Source: Schmidtea nova
Taxonomy: Eukaryota
Direction of reading: 5' to 3'
NCBI GenBank assembly: GCA_044892505.1
Contig: CM097882.1
Span: forward strand, 348,068,001 to 348,132,000
Length of the DNA stretch: 64,000 nt
A model generated the notes under the pieces. The model was not told the origin of the DNA, ran no database searches, and was given only the letters and a program-made list of their open reading frames with translations. The first letter of the stretch is position 1. Every line of letters begins with the position of its first letter. Position numbers and translations under genes: made by a program. This document shows, piece after piece, positions 27,903 through 39,563 of this stretch.

Positions 27903-27975
27903 GGTTCGATGGTGTAGCGGTTATCACGTCTGCTTCACACGCAGAAGGTCCCCGGTTCGATCCCGGGTCGAACCA
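27903..27975 (+). tRNA. tRNA-Val: tRNA-Val(CAC)
   Basis: Identical 73-nt cloverleaf. Confidence 0.97.
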
Positions 27976-28272
27976 TATTTTATTAATTAGAAACTTCCTA
28001 ATCTTGATTTTTTCTCAATGGAACACCTTTCTCATATATGTTACAATATTAAAAATGATTGAATAATTAGAGAAAAAAGTTAAAATTTCATTTTCATAAA
28101 TGTAGTGTGTGAAAGCTTTCTATCCTTTTGCAATTTTATGATTATTTTGTGCAGTGTTGTTTATTTAAATATGTAACTGTTGAAAAAAAGAATATTGGAT
28201 ATGAAAATGGATAAAGTATTGCAAGTGTTGATATATATATTGTAAATTTTAACGATTGATAAATTCTTTCAA

Positions 28273-28345
28273 GGTTCGATGGTGTAGCGGTTATCACGTC
28301 TGCTTTACACGCAGAAGGTCCCCGGTTCGATCCCGGGTCGAACCA
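28273..28345 (+). tRNA. tRNA-Val: tRNA-Val(TAC)
   Basis: Same body, loop TT-TAC-AC. Confidence 0.97.
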
Positions 28346-28347
28346 AA

Positions 28348-28352
28348 TTTTT
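28348..28352 (+). terminator. Pol III oligo(T) terminator, T5 at start of spacer A (representative)
   Basis: A73-AA-TTTTT after every gene followed by spacer A. Confidence 0.7.
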
Positions 28353-28491
28353 ATTGTAAATTGTTAAATCTTGTTTACTATGTTTCCATTGTTTACTAGT
28401 GTTATTTTGTGTGTGTGTGTTTTATTAGTAAATCAGATCAATTTATTAAGCTGAAAGTTGGTAACAAACGAAAATTTGAAAATATTTACAG

Positions 28492-28564
28492 GGTTCGATG
28501 GTGTAGCGGTTATCACGTCTGCTTCACACGCAGAAGGTCCCCGGTTCGATCCCGGGTCGAACCA
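28492..28564 (+). tRNA. tRNA-Val: tRNA-Val(CAC)
   Basis: Identical 73-nt cloverleaf. Confidence 0.97.
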
Positions 28565-28861
28565 TATTTTATTAATTAGAAACTTCCTAATCTTGATTTT
28601 TTCTCAATGGAACACCTTTCTCATATATGTTACAATATTAAAAATGATTGAATAATCAGAGAAAAAAGTTAAAATTTCATTTTCATAAATGTAGTGTGTG
28701 AAAGCTTTCTATCCTTTTGCAATTTTATGATTATTTTGTGCAGTGTTGTTTATTTAAATATGTAACTGTTGAAAAAAAGAATATTGGATATGAAAATGGA
28801 TAAAGTATTGCAAGTGTTGATATATATATTGTAAATTTTAACGATTGATAAATTCTTTCAA

Positions 28862-28934
28862 GGTTCGATGGTGTAGCGGTTATCACGTCTGCTTTACACG
28901 CAGAAGGTCCCCGGTTCGATCCCGGGTCGAACCA
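28862..28934 (+). tRNA. tRNA-Val: tRNA-Val(TAC)
   Basis: Same body, loop TT-TAC-AC. Confidence 0.97.
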
Positions 28935-29084
28935 AATTTTTATTGTAAATTGTTAAATCTTGTTTACTATGTTTCCATTGTTTACTAGTGTTATTTTGTG
29001 TGTGTGTGTGTGTTTTATTAGTAAATCAGATCAATTTATTTAGCTGAAAGTTGGTAACAAACGAAAATTTGAAAATATTTACAG

Positions 29085-29157
29085 GGTTCGATGGTGTAGC
29101 GGTTATCACGTCTGCTTCACACGCAGAAGGTCCCCGGTTCGATCCCGGGTCGAACCA
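29085..29157 (+). tRNA. tRNA-Val: tRNA-Val(CAC)
   Basis: Identical 73-nt cloverleaf. Confidence 0.97.
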
Positions 29158-29454
29158 TATTTTATTAATTAGAAACTTCCTAATCTTGATTTTTTCTCAA
29201 TGGAACACCTTTCTCATATATGTTACAATATTAAAAATGATTGAATAATTAGAGAAAAAAGTTAAAATTTCATTTTCATAAATGTAGTGTGTGAAAGCTT
29301 TCTATCCTTTTGCAATTTTATGATTATTTTGTGCAGTGTTGTTTATTTAAATATGTAACTGTTGAAAAAAAGAATATTGGATATGAAAATGGATAAAGTA
29401 TTGCAAGTGTTGATATATATATTGTAAATTTTAACGATTGATAAATTCTTTCAA

Positions 29455-29463
29455 GGTTCGATG
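29455..29463 (+). pseudogene. 5' stub (nt 1-9) of tRNA-Val interrupted by E5
   Basis: GGTTCGATG then ACTC. Confidence 0.9.
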
Positions 29464-32094
29464 ACTCAATCACCTGCTGCTCAGTCAACTGCTGCTGATG
29501 TGATGACTCAGTCTATTGGAAATCAGTCAACTGTGACGAAGAAATATGAATTAGAAAACATTCTCAAGTATCAAATTTCCAGTTTGCAATGTTTTCAATC
29601 GATTTTGGATTATTTTTCGCAACTAAATGGTGGAAATCTCGCTACTGCCTCAGTTCTTTCTGATGCGAATGCAAGTCAACGGAGTTCTTTCGATCAAGGA
29701 TCTAAAATTTCTCAAAACCAATCTGATAATATGCCACTTTCTTATGCTGATATTGAGACTAAATTCACTAAATCAAAGGATTTACTGATTGTCAAGCGCC
29801 TGGATTCATTGGAGTCTCAATTTATGAATATGGCTGAAAAGTTAGATTATTTGGTTTCTTTTTTTAATGGCTCTGTTGATGATTTATCAGATTTTCCTAA
29901 AGTAAATGAAAATAATTTAAATAATAATCCTTTCAATAAAAATAAAGTTTTTGATATCAAAGATAAATTAATTGTAAATAATGTAGTTTTAGATAAATCA
30001 AATATTTCAGAATTTATTGAAAATAATATTGCTAAAATTCCTAATAGTTTAATTGATGTAAATAATAAAATGTGTAATTCAAATAATAAATTTCTAAATA
30101 ACCCTAATAAAGAGAATGTTAAACATTTTAATAATCCCAAAGAAACATCTTCAATTGATTTGACTAACGATAAAATTATGCCAAATGAAAACATAGAAAT
30201 AATTATTAAAAATAATAAAAAATCTGTTAAAATTATAGAACCTAATAAAACAACTAAACAGAAGTATGATAAATTTGAATTTAAAAATCTGGTTCGTATT
30301 TTAACGAAAAGGGAACGCCAGAAAATCTTGAATGCCTTCCCTGCTTTAATACAACTAATTAAAAAGAAAGAATCACAGAGTAAATATTTTGAAATTAATA
30401 AATTTCTTTCGAGCAAAGATTTTAATGTGAATCACTTGAATTTAATTAATTTTGATTATTTTTTCTATAGAAATTGTAATCTTTGTGTATCTTTAAAATT
30501 GAACAACGCTCCTGTCATTTCATCAGCACCAAAACCTGTTGTTTTAAAATCTATTAAATTAATTGACCATAATATCGTCAAAATAAATTCTGAAATCCCT
30601 GACTTTGTTCGAGCTCCAATGTCAATTCGAAGATTTTTATTCAATCTTTCGCACGATCTTTCAAACACTGTTTCCATCAAGGATGAGAAACACAGGGGAA
30701 ATAAAATAAATAACATTCTTACTTCAATGAAACATAAACAACAATTACCAGATTATTTAATAAAATCAAACATTAAATACGAAAATGGTGAGTTCTTATT
30801 ATTAGATTTGACTAACGATAAAATCAAATTGAACGACGATAATAACTTGATAAAATCAAATTTTTCTGAACTTACTAGAAGTCAGATTAAAAATCTTTAC
30901 TATTCTTATCCTTCTCTTAAGGAAGTTTGTTTCGTTGAAAATCTTGAAACAAGATCATCATCCGTTAGTAAAATTATCGAATCTTTAAAGTTAATTAATG
31001 AATTTCCAAAAAATATCATTTTTAAAGAGGGTAAATTTTATCAGTCTGATAAAAGAACAATCTCACCTAGTAGTTCTCCTGACATAATGTTCAACCTTGG
31101 TCTTTTTAATTTGGCTAGTATGAGTAGAAAAGATTGTGAATTAAAATCCATTTTAGAGAAGACTGGTTGTGACTTTAAAATAGTTGAAATAATATTCTAC
31201 CTCAACTATTTAGGCTTGACTCAATCTTTAGAATTTTGCAAAAATCAAACTTATTCCGATTATGTGAGGAATTACGTCTGTAATTGCTGCTTGATAAACT
31301 CACTCTGTAGTATTGCTGATGTTGATTCGCTTTCATCTGAAGATTTTGAGGGTTGGGCGACCGAAATTGTTCAGAAAATCCCAGTTTCTTCCTATTACTT
31401 CAATAGCTGCCAGGAAAAGCTTTTAAAGCTGAAGCAATGGGACATTTCAACTAAAATCAAAAGAATCCATAACGTTATTTCACCTGAAATAATATCTTAT
31501 TTAAATAACTTTCTTGACTCTGTAGACGTAAAATTTTCATCTAAGTCTCAACAACATAATATTCTAATTAAATTAATGAAAGCTATCAATGACATTAAAA
31601 TTTTTGATGACATACACGGAAATAAAGCAAAAAGACTTGTTTACTTTTTGCTAAGAGATGCCAAGAAATATTTGAATAAAAATCAACGATTCAGATTATT
31701 TGAATCGAGCAATAAATATTGCACTTCAGAGATGGAGAATATAATTTCAGTAATAATTGAGAACCTTACCAAAGTTACTGACCATGAAGTTACTACTCCT
31801 GAAATCACAGTTGAAGAAACGCCAATTGAAATAACTTGTGATCCTGAACCTATCGTCTTGATTAAGGAAATAAACTGTTTAAAATGTAACAATATCATCG
31901 AAAAATGCATTCTTGTTAGAGATGGAACAAACGTCAACATCTGTGAAAGCTGTCTATTTGACGCAATTACCTTTGAAAAGCCGATTCCTGAAGCTACTAA
32001 TTCGGATATCGAAGAAAATATAGAAACAAATTGTAAGAAATCTTGTCCAAGACCTAGAAAAACAGACAAGAAAACATCAACCAAAGCAAAATGA
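29461..32094 (+). CDS. E5 ORF1 (877 aa)
   Basis: Near-identical to the other copies. Confidence 0.85.
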   Translation: MTQSPAAQSTAADVMTQSIGNQSTVTKKYELENILKYQISSLQCFQSILDYFSQLNGGNLATASVLSDANASQRSSFDQGSKISQNQSDNMPLSYADIETKFTKSKDLLIVKRLDSLESQFMNMAEKLDYLVSFFNGSVDDLSDFPKVNENNLNNNPFNKNKVFDIKDKLIVNNVVLDKSNISEFIENNIAKIPNSLIDVNNKMCNSNNKFLNNPNKENVKHFNNPKETSSIDLTNDKIMPNENIEIIIKNNKKSVKIIEPNKTTKQKYDKFEFKNLVRILTKRERQKILNAFPALIQLIKKKESQSKYFEINKFLSSKDFNVNHLNLINFDYFFYRNCNLCVSLKLNNAPVISSAPKPVVLKSIKLIDHNIVKINSEIPDFVRAPMSIRRFLFNLSHDLSNTVSIKDEKHRGNKINNILTSMKHKQQLPDYLIKSNIKYENGEFLLLDLTNDKIKLNDDNNLIKSNFSELTRSQIKNLYYSYPSLKEVCFVENLETRSSSVSKIIESLKLINEFPKNIIFKEGKFYQSDKRTISPSSSPDIMFNLGLFNLASMSRKDCELKSILEKTGCDFKIVEIIFYLNYLGLTQSLEFCKNQTYSDYVRNYVCNCCLINSLCSIADVDSLSSEDFEGWATEIVQKIPVSSYYFNSCQEKLLKLKQWDISTKIKRIHNVISPEIISYLNNFLDSVDVKFSSKSQQHNILIKLMKAINDIKIFDDIHGNKAKRLVYFLLRDAKKYLNKNQRFRLFESSNKYCTSEMENIISVIIENLTKVTDHEVTTPEITVEETPIEITCDPEPIVLIKEINCLKCNNIIEKCILVRDGTNVNICESCLFDAITFEKPIPEATNSDIEENIETNCKKSCPRPRKTDKKTSTKAK

Positions 32095-35000
32095 AGATGT
32101 GTGCCTGCATCAGCTCAATCGTCTGCCATTCCCTCTAATGAGACTGATGCAGAGAGCACAACTAAAAATAATATTTCAACTATCGACAATCGTGATCCTG
32201 AAGTGTGGTTTTCTGATAATGATATTGATTGGTATCTTGAAAACCACATTGATAATCCAATGCATGGATATATTAAATGCTTTATAGTAAATATCATCTG
32301 TTCTAACATCACAGAAGATATTGTTGAAATTCCACCATCTATTAGCAATGCTGAAATTGTATTTTGTCCACTCAACATTAACAATTCGCACTGGATTCTT
32401 TTTGTTTATAGTAAGAAAATGTTATCTTCTTACTTTATTGACCCAATCCTTGCAAACAGACAAAAGCCAATCAATAAACAAATGGCTCAGAGAATTAACC
32501 TAAAACTGAATAGATTTTTTAATCTAAATATATCTGTGTCCCGACATCCACACAAACATCTTGAATATCAAAATAACAGCTTTGATTGTGGCCCATTTAC
32601 GTGTGCTTATGCTGTGATTATCAGTAAAGATTTGAACAGCTTTCCAAATGGGTTCATAGAGAAAATTCGTACCAGTGTGCATGAAAATCAAAATCGTATG
32701 CAAATAACCGAATCCACCTTATTCGCTGGTACTAACTCCAAGATGGACATGACCAAAATAAATATCAAGAAAGCCCTTGCAAAAAAGAAAGTCATCACCA
32801 ACACCTCAGATATGACCAAAGTATTGAACACTCAAAAACCGTGTGTGTCATCAATAATTAGTAAATATTACGAAAGTAATTCTAAAATAACAGTCTTATC
32901 TGCCGAACTAACTTTAAACCTAATTGCACAAAATACCTCCTTCATAGCTGATAATGTCACTTTCAAGCAGTTCAAAGGAATCGATCATGTTATAAGTATC
33001 ATTCCTAAATTTAACGATTGGTGTCTCTTTGTCTATTCGAATAAACTTGACAGGAGCTACATGTTCGACTTCAATTATCGAAACATTGATGAAAGGCTAA
33101 TTGAAATTGGTGAAAAGATAACTGAATATCTGAATCAATTCACTCTTGTTTCTAAAATAAAATTCACACCTCATCATAGAATTTCTCATCCAACATTTCA
33201 TTCTTACGATGATCAATATTTTGCAAGTTCTTTTATTGTATTTTTTGAGAAACTTGTCTTTGAAAGAATACTGGACAATGATAAGGTTTATGACTCATTA
33301 AGTGCTCTAAAATATCAGTCTTGTAAAGATCTTTCTCCTAGCTTAAGTTTCATTAATGGTAAAATATCCGACAAAATTATTGAGGAATATTTTGCTAGCC
33401 TAAACTTATCGACCAAATATATTCTTCTAAACACAACAATGTGTACTGCGCTTTCAGATGATTGCACTGAATACTTGAAAGACTTTGTAAACATTGAGTG
33501 CATGATGAAGGCTACTATAATCTTTGTAATCATTTCTCCTCCAAGAGCCAACGACTTGCTCATGGTTATTGATTACGACGCTGATGAGCACTATTTATTA
33601 AGCCCAGTCACTAATGACTTGTTCGTTATGACTGAAGGATTCTGCTATAAATTACTAATTAAAATTAATGAGATTAGAGAGAGCACAGGTCGTTCCTTGA
33701 AATCGCGTAATTGTCGACATGACGTTAAAGGTTCTGGCTTATTTAGTAGGTTATTAATCTGTGCCTTTATTAAATATTATGCATTTGACCGATCTCTAGA
33801 AAATATCAATCTTCATGAAATTGGCAAAATTATCTACTCACTTGTGCCATTAGTTGATAAAAATGATAATGCTGAGGAAGAAAGACGACTAAAATCAAAA
33901 GCTGTAAACTCTTTAAAACTAAATTTAAAACAGCGAATAGAAAAAGCCAATAATCTTATAATTTCACTTGAACACGCCAGTATTGATGAAATCATAAGTG
34001 GCATTCTTTCAAATATTCCTCGTCTTAAAGATTTGAACACCGATCACATTCGTACACCATATTTAGGTACTAAAGTAGAAAAAGCTAGAAAATTCAAAAA
34101 TTCCACTGAGTTTCTGTCAAACATGAAAAAGACTGTGTATAGGATTTTGGGTAACAACACAGAATCAATTGCACCTCCTTTTCAGGAAATTATTGACACT
34201 TTCAGTCATCCTGATACATTACCTAGAAATTGGGAAAACATCTTTAAATTCACTAAGAGTTCTAAATTTAGTCTTGAATTAAATCCAATGACACCTAAAG
34301 AAATCCTTTCAAGTCTTTGCAAAGCTGACAACACTTCTCCAGGTCTTGATAATGTTTGTTATAAAGATCTTTTGCTATTAGACCCTGAATGTAAATTGCT
34401 AGCTTTTCTGTACAATAAAATCCTAAAATTAGACATTATTCCTACAAGTTGGAAATCATTTAAAACCATACTAATCCCTAAACCAGATAAAAATGGCCAA
34501 TATCATAAAATATATTCTTGGCGACCAATTGCCTTATTATCTGTCATTTACAAAGTCTTCGCTTCAGTTTTGGCAAATCGTCTAAGCTTATGGATAAGAA
34601 ATAATTCCATGTTACACATTGGCCAAAAGGGTGGTTCGGAGTACGAAGGATGTATTGAACACAACTCTATTCTTTCTGCTATCGTCGAACATTCAAAATA
34701 CAGCAAGTCTTCACCTTTAACAATAGCTTGGCTAGACATCAAAGATGCCTTCGGAAGTGTTCCACATGACTACATGTGGACACTGTTAAAACACATAAAT
34801 GTTAGTGATAGGTTTGTAGGAATTTTAAAACTGCTCTATACTGATACAAGCTCGTTTTATTGTTGCAATAAAATGCAGACACCGGATATTCCAATAAAGA
34901 AAGGAGTTAAACAAGGTTGTCCGATCTCAATGATATTGTTTGCAATAGCTATTAACCCAGTACTTGAGTCTATTAATCTATCAAACGTTAATCCTTTTAC

Positions 35001-37066
35001 GATTGGAACATCTCCGGTACAGGTGTTGGCTTATGCGGATGATATCGCACTTATCGCGACAAATACCTCTGATCTGCAAATACTCATAAACGTTGCTGTA
35101 AACACCGCTAAAACAATTGGATTTGAATATCGTCCAGAAAAGTGCGCTTATATGCAATACCCTAAAATAGAAACTGTAAGCGAGATTTCTGTCAACAATG
35201 TTCTTATAAAAAAGATTGCAACAAATGAATTTTACCAATACTTGGGAGTACCAATAGGTGACAATAATGACCAAAGTCCCTATGAAATTCTAAGCAAAGT
35301 AATTGAAGACACAAAGAAAATAGCAAATTCTGATCTTTACGGCTGGCAAAAACTTAAAGCGTATAAGGTCTTTCTGCATTCTCGCTTGATTTTTCCATTT
35401 AGAACTAGGGAAATCAAAACAAGTTCTTTAGCTGATTCGAGTAAAAATTCAAAATTAAATGTAAATAATACGAGTATTTTGAGGAGTCATCTTAGAAAAA
35501 TATTGCACTTGCCACACTACTCTGAGATTAGCTATTTTTATAATTCTACTGAAAACGGCGGTGCAGGCTGCATAGACTTACTTGACGAGTATCATACACA
35601 GACAATCGTGTACTTTTTCCGCTTGTTAACATCAACGTGCGAATATTCGAAAAAGATAAATACTGACTCGCTTTTATTTGTCACAAGTCCGAGACTCGGA
35701 ATCAAAAATCCAGTTCTTAAACAAAGTTTAGAATGGATAAATGGAAAAGAGAGCAAGAAAAACAACAGTGGTTGCAAAACTCGATTTTATCGGTTGCGAT
35801 CATCCATTGCTTACTTTTCTAAAGTTCACAACATTAAATTGTTATTTGAAACAGTGAAAGGGAATCCTTCTATCCGTATAACCACTACACTTAAGGGAAC
35901 ACGTATATTATTACCAACATTAAGAAAAGCATTGTCAATGATTTTACATTCAGCTCTCCAGGATTCGTATCTCGAGAAATGGGAGAATAGCAACCATAAT
36001 AATCTGCTTGTATCTGCGATTAAACTCTGTCCACTTGTCAACAAGCTTATTTTCCGCAGTGATTTGACAGAATTTGAATGGAGATTCGTCCATCGAGCAA
36101 GAACGAATACATTATCAATATTTGCGAAGCCATATAAAACTGGCGAAAATCGTCTTTGTCGTAGATGTAAGCTTGAAGACGAGACTTTATCACACGTTCT
36201 TCAAACTTGTAAAATGAACAAATCTTTGGCAACTAGTCGACATAACGCTTGCTTAGAAAAAATAAAAAGCGAGTTGAAAGATCCAAACTTGTTAGTTGTT
36301 GCGGATCATAAATGTTCCCTAGTACCGACATCAACTGAACGCGTTGATTTAATAATAACCAATAATGATAAAAAGACCATATTATTGGTAGACATGAAAT
36401 GCCCAATCGATTCGGTGCCCAACTTTGACTTGGCTGATAAAAAAAACATAGAAAAGTATGATAAACTAAAATCGGAAATTAAAATAGCCAAACCCGATTA
36501 TAAAGTTGAGTTGTTTACCTGCATCATAGGCTCATTAGGATCCATTGAAATTAAAACACCTGATCTTTTAGTAAAAATGGGCGTAAAAGAAAATAAAGTA
36601 AAACGTCTGATGAAAGAGTGTGCAATTAGCAATATTGCGCACTCGGCCAAAATTTGGTACTTTCATACCAATGGCTTTCTTCCAGATAATATAAGACAAA
36701 CTTTTAAATAAATAATTATATATATATATAAATATTTGCTTTTTAAACTCTGTAAATAAAAATTAAAGTAAATATTTTGTAAAGTAATTTTTGTATTAAA
36801 TATCCAATCTTTTTAATCTGATAAATTGTCTTTGAGAGTTATTAAATTGGGAGACCAAGTATTCTGCAACGTATGTCACTTATTCTAGACTTATCAACTT
36901 CAAAAGAATACAGTCGCAAAGCTGGATGACGAAATCCAAAGAACCAGAAACTTCCATTCAGATTGAACAATTATATTTTGACTGTGATTGTTTAGGGACT
37001 AATCCATGTTGATTAGATAATCTGTAAAAAAAATATGTCAAACTTGTTATATTTAATAAATGTTTA
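29464..37066 (+). mobile_element. RLE non-LTR retrotransposon copy E5 (7603 bp)
   Basis: Same structure and junctions; almost identical to E4. Confidence 0.96.
32101..36711 (+). CDS. E5 ORF2 (Ulp1-RT-CCHC-RLE), all listed motifs consensus
   Basis: Same motifs as E2. Confidence 0.95.
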   Translation: MPASAQSSAIPSNETDAESTTKNNISTIDNRDPEVWFSDNDIDWYLENHIDNPMHGYIKCFIVNIICSNITEDIVEIPPSISNAEIVFCPLNINNSHWILFVYSKKMLSSYFIDPILANRQKPINKQMAQRINLKLNRFFNLNISVSRHPHKHLEYQNNSFDCGPFTCAYAVIISKDLNSFPNGFIEKIRTSVHENQNRMQITESTLFAGTNSKMDMTKINIKKALAKKKVITNTSDMTKVLNTQKPCVSSIISKYYESNSKITVLSAELTLNLIAQNTSFIADNVTFKQFKGIDHVISIIPKFNDWCLFVYSNKLDRSYMFDFNYRNIDERLIEIGEKITEYLNQFTLVSKIKFTPHHRISHPTFHSYDDQYFASSFIVFFEKLVFERILDNDKVYDSLSALKYQSCKDLSPSLSFINGKISDKIIEEYFASLNLSTKYILLNTTMCTALSDDCTEYLKDFVNIECMMKATIIFVIISPPRANDLLMVIDYDADEHYLLSPVTNDLFVMTEGFCYKLLIKINEIRESTGRSLKSRNCRHDVKGSGLFSRLLICAFIKYYAFDRSLENINLHEIGKIIYSLVPLVDKNDNAEEERRLKSKAVNSLKLNLKQRIEKANNLIISLEHASIDEIISGILSNIPRLKDLNTDHIRTPYLGTKVEKARKFKNSTEFLSNMKKTVYRILGNNTESIAPPFQEIIDTFSHPDTLPRNWENIFKFTKSSKFSLELNPMTPKEILSSLCKADNTSPGLDNVCYKDLLLLDPECKLLAFLYNKILKLDIIPTSWKSFKTILIPKPDKNGQYHKIYSWRPIALLSVIYKVFASVLANRLSLWIRNNSMLHIGQKGGSEYEGCIEHNSILSAIVEHSKYSKSSPLTIAWLDIKDAFGSVPHDYMWTLLKHINVSDRFVGILKLLYTDTSSFYCCNKMQTPDIPIKKGVKQGCPISMILFAIAINPVLESINLSNVNPFTIGTSPVQVLAYADDIALIATNTSDLQILINVAVNTAKTIGFEYRPEKCAYMQYPKIETVSEISVNNVLIKKIATNEFYQYLGVPIGDNNDQSPYEILSKVIEDTKKIANSDLYGWQKLKAYKVFLHSRLIFPFRTREIKTSSLADSSKNSKLNVNNTSILRSHLRKILHLPHYSEISYFYNSTENGGAGCIDLLDEYHTQTIVYFFRLLTSTCEYSKKINTDSLLFVTSPRLGIKNPVLKQSLEWINGKESKKNNSGCKTRFYRLRSSIAYFSKVHNIKLLFETVKGNPSIRITTTLKGTRILLPTLRKALSMILHSALQDSYLEKWENSNHNNLLVSAIKLCPLVNKLIFRSDLTEFEWRFVHRARTNTLSIFAKPYKTGENRLCRRCKLEDETLSHVLQTCKMNKSLATSRHNACLEKIKSELKDPNLLVVADHKCSLVPTSTERVDLIITNNDKKTILLVDMKCPIDSVPNFDLADKKNIEKYDKLKSEIKIAKPDYKVELFTCIIGSLGSIEIKTPDLLVKMGVKENKVKRLMKECAISNIAHSAKIWYFHTNGFLPDNIRQTFK

Positions 37067-37121
37067 TTATCACGTCTGCTTTACACGCAGAAGGTCCCCG
37101 GTTCGATCCCGGGTCGAACCA
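37067..37121 (+). pseudogene. 3' part of tRNA-Val(TAC) interrupted by E5
   Basis: tRNA nt 19-73, followed by spacer A. Confidence 0.95.
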
Positions 37122-37267
37122 AATTTTTATTGTAAATTGTTAAATCTTGTTTACTATGTTTCCATTGTTTACTAGTGTTATTTTGTGTGTGTGTGTTTTA
37201 TTAGTAAATCAGATCAATTTATTAAGCTGAAAGTTGGTAACAAACGAAAATTTGAAAATATTTACAG

Positions 37268-37340
37268 GGTTCGATGGTGTAGCGGTTATCACGTCTGCTT
37301 CACACGCAGAAGGTCCCCGGTTCGATCCCGGGTCGAACCA
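37268..37340 (+). tRNA. tRNA-Val: tRNA-Val(CAC)
   Basis: Identical 73-nt cloverleaf. Confidence 0.97.
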
Positions 37341-37637
37341 TATTTTATTAATTAGAAACTTCCTAATCTTGATTTTTTCTCAATGGAACACCTTTCTCAT
37401 ATATGTTACAATATTAAAAATGATTGAATAATCAGAGAAAAAAGTTAAAATTTCATTTTCATAAATGTAGTGTGTGAAAGCTTTCTATCCTTTTGCAATT
37501 TTATGATTATTTTGTGCAGTGTTGTTTATTTAAATATGTAACTGTTGAAAAAAAGAATATTGGATATGAAAATGGATAAAGTATTGCAAGTGTTGATATA
37601 TATATTGTAAATTTTAACGATTGATAAATTCTTTCAA

Positions 37638-37710
37638 GGTTCGATGGTGTAGCGGTTATCACGTCTGCTTTACACGCAGAAGGTCCCCGGTTCGATCCCG
37701 GGTCGAACCA
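37638..37710 (+). tRNA. tRNA-Val: tRNA-Val(TAC)
   Basis: Same body, loop TT-TAC-AC. Confidence 0.97.
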
Positions 37711-37860
37711 AATTTTTATTGTAAATTGTTAAATCTTGTTTACTATGTTTCCATTGTTTACTAGTGTTATTTTGTGTGTGTGTGTGTGTTTTATTAGTAA
37801 ATCAGATCAATTTATTTAGCTGAAAGTTGGTAACAAACGAAAATTTGAAAATATTTACAG

Positions 37861-37933
37861 GGTTCGATGGTGTAGCGGTTATCACGTCTGCTTCACACGC
37901 AGAAGGTCCCCGGTTCGATCCCGGGTCGAACCA
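37861..37933 (+). tRNA. tRNA-Val: tRNA-Val(CAC)
   Basis: Identical 73-nt cloverleaf. Confidence 0.97.
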
Positions 37934-38230
37934 TATTTTATTAATTAGAAACTTCCTAATCTTGATTTTTTCTCAATGGAACACCTTTCTCATATATGTT
38001 ACAATATTAAAAATGATTGAATAATCAGAGAAAAAAGTTAAAATTTCATTTTCATAAATGTAGTGTGTGAAAGCTTTCTATCCTTTTGCAATTTTATGAT
38101 TATTTTGTGCAGTGTTGTTTATTTAAATATGTAACTGTTGAAAAAAAGAATATTGGATATGAAAATGGATAAAGTATTGGAAGTGTTGATATATATATTG
38201 TAAATTTTAACGATTGATAAATTCTTTCAA

Positions 38231-38303
38231 GGTTCGATGGTGTAGCGGTTATCACGTCTGCTTCACACGCAGAAGGTCCCCGGTTCGATCCCGGGTCGAA
38301 CCA
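38231..38303 (+). tRNA. tRNA-Val: tRNA-Val(CAC)
   Basis: Identical 73-nt cloverleaf. Confidence 0.97.
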
Positions 38304-38600
38304 TATTTTATTAATTAGAAACTTCCTAATCTTGATTTTTTCTCAATGGAACACCTTTCTCATATATGTTACAATATTAAAAATGATTGAATAATCAGAG
38401 AAAAAAGTTAAAATTTCATTTTCATAAATGTAGTGTGTGAAAGCTTTCTATCCTTTTGCAATTTTATGATTATTTTGTGCAGTGTTGTTTATTTAAATAT
38501 GTAACTGTTGAAAAAAAGAATATTGGATATGAAAATGGATAAAGTATTGCAAGTGTTGATATATATATTGTAAATTTTAACGATTGATAAATTCTTTCAA

Positions 38601-38673
38601 GGTTCGATGGTGTAGCGGTTATCACGTCTGCTTTACACGCAGAAGGTCCCCGGTTCGATCCCGGGTCGAACCA
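38601..38673 (+). tRNA. tRNA-Val: tRNA-Val(TAC)
   Basis: Same body, loop TT-TAC-AC. Confidence 0.97.
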
Positions 38674-38823
38674 AATTTTTATTGTAAATTGTTAAATCTT
38701 GTTTACTATGTTTCCATTGTTTACTAGTGTTATTTTGTGTGTGTGTGTGTGTTTTATTAGTAAATCAGATCAATTTATTTAGCTGAAAGTTGGTAACAAA
38801 CGAAAATTTGAAAATATTTACAG

Positions 38824-38896
38824 GGTTCGATGGTGTAGCGGTTATCACGTCTGCTTCACACGCAGAAGGTCCCCGGTTCGATCCCGGGTCGAACCA
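38824..38896 (+). tRNA. tRNA-Val: tRNA-Val(CAC)
   Basis: Identical 73-nt cloverleaf. Confidence 0.97.
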
Positions 38897-39193
38897 TATT
38901 TTATTAATTAGAAACTTCCTAATCTTGATTTTTTCTCAATGGAACACCTTTCTCATATATGTTACAATATTAAAAATGATTGAATAATCAGAGAAAAAAG
39001 TTAAAATTTCATTTTCATAAATGTAGTGTGTGAAAGCTTTCTATCCTTTTGCAATTTTATGATTATTTTGTGCAGTGTTGTTTATTTAAATATGTAACTG
39101 TTGAAAAAAAGAATATTGGATATGAAAATGGATAAAGTATTGGAAGTGTTGATATATATATTGTAAATTTTAACGATTGATAAATTCTTTCAA

Positions 39194-39266
39194 GGTTCGA
39201 TGGTGTAGCGGTTATCACGTCTGCTTCACACGCAGAAGGTCCCCGGTTCGATCCCGGGTCGAACCA
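39194..39266 (+). tRNA. tRNA-Val: tRNA-Val(CAC)
   Basis: Identical 73-nt cloverleaf. Confidence 0.97.
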
Positions 39267-39563
39267 TATTTTATTAATTAGAAACTTCCTAATCTTGATT
39301 TTTTCTCAATGGAACACCTTTCTCATATATGTTACAATATTAAAAATGATTGAATAATCAGAGAAAAAAGTTAAAATTTCATTTTCATAAATGTAGTGTG
39401 TGAAAGCTTTCTATCCTTTTGCAATTTTATGATTATTTTGTGCAGTGTTGTTTATTTAAATATGTAACTGTTGAAAAAAAGAATATTGGATATGAAAATG
39501 GATAAAGTATTGCAAGTGTTGATATATATATTGTAAATTTTAACGATTGATAAATTCTTTCAA

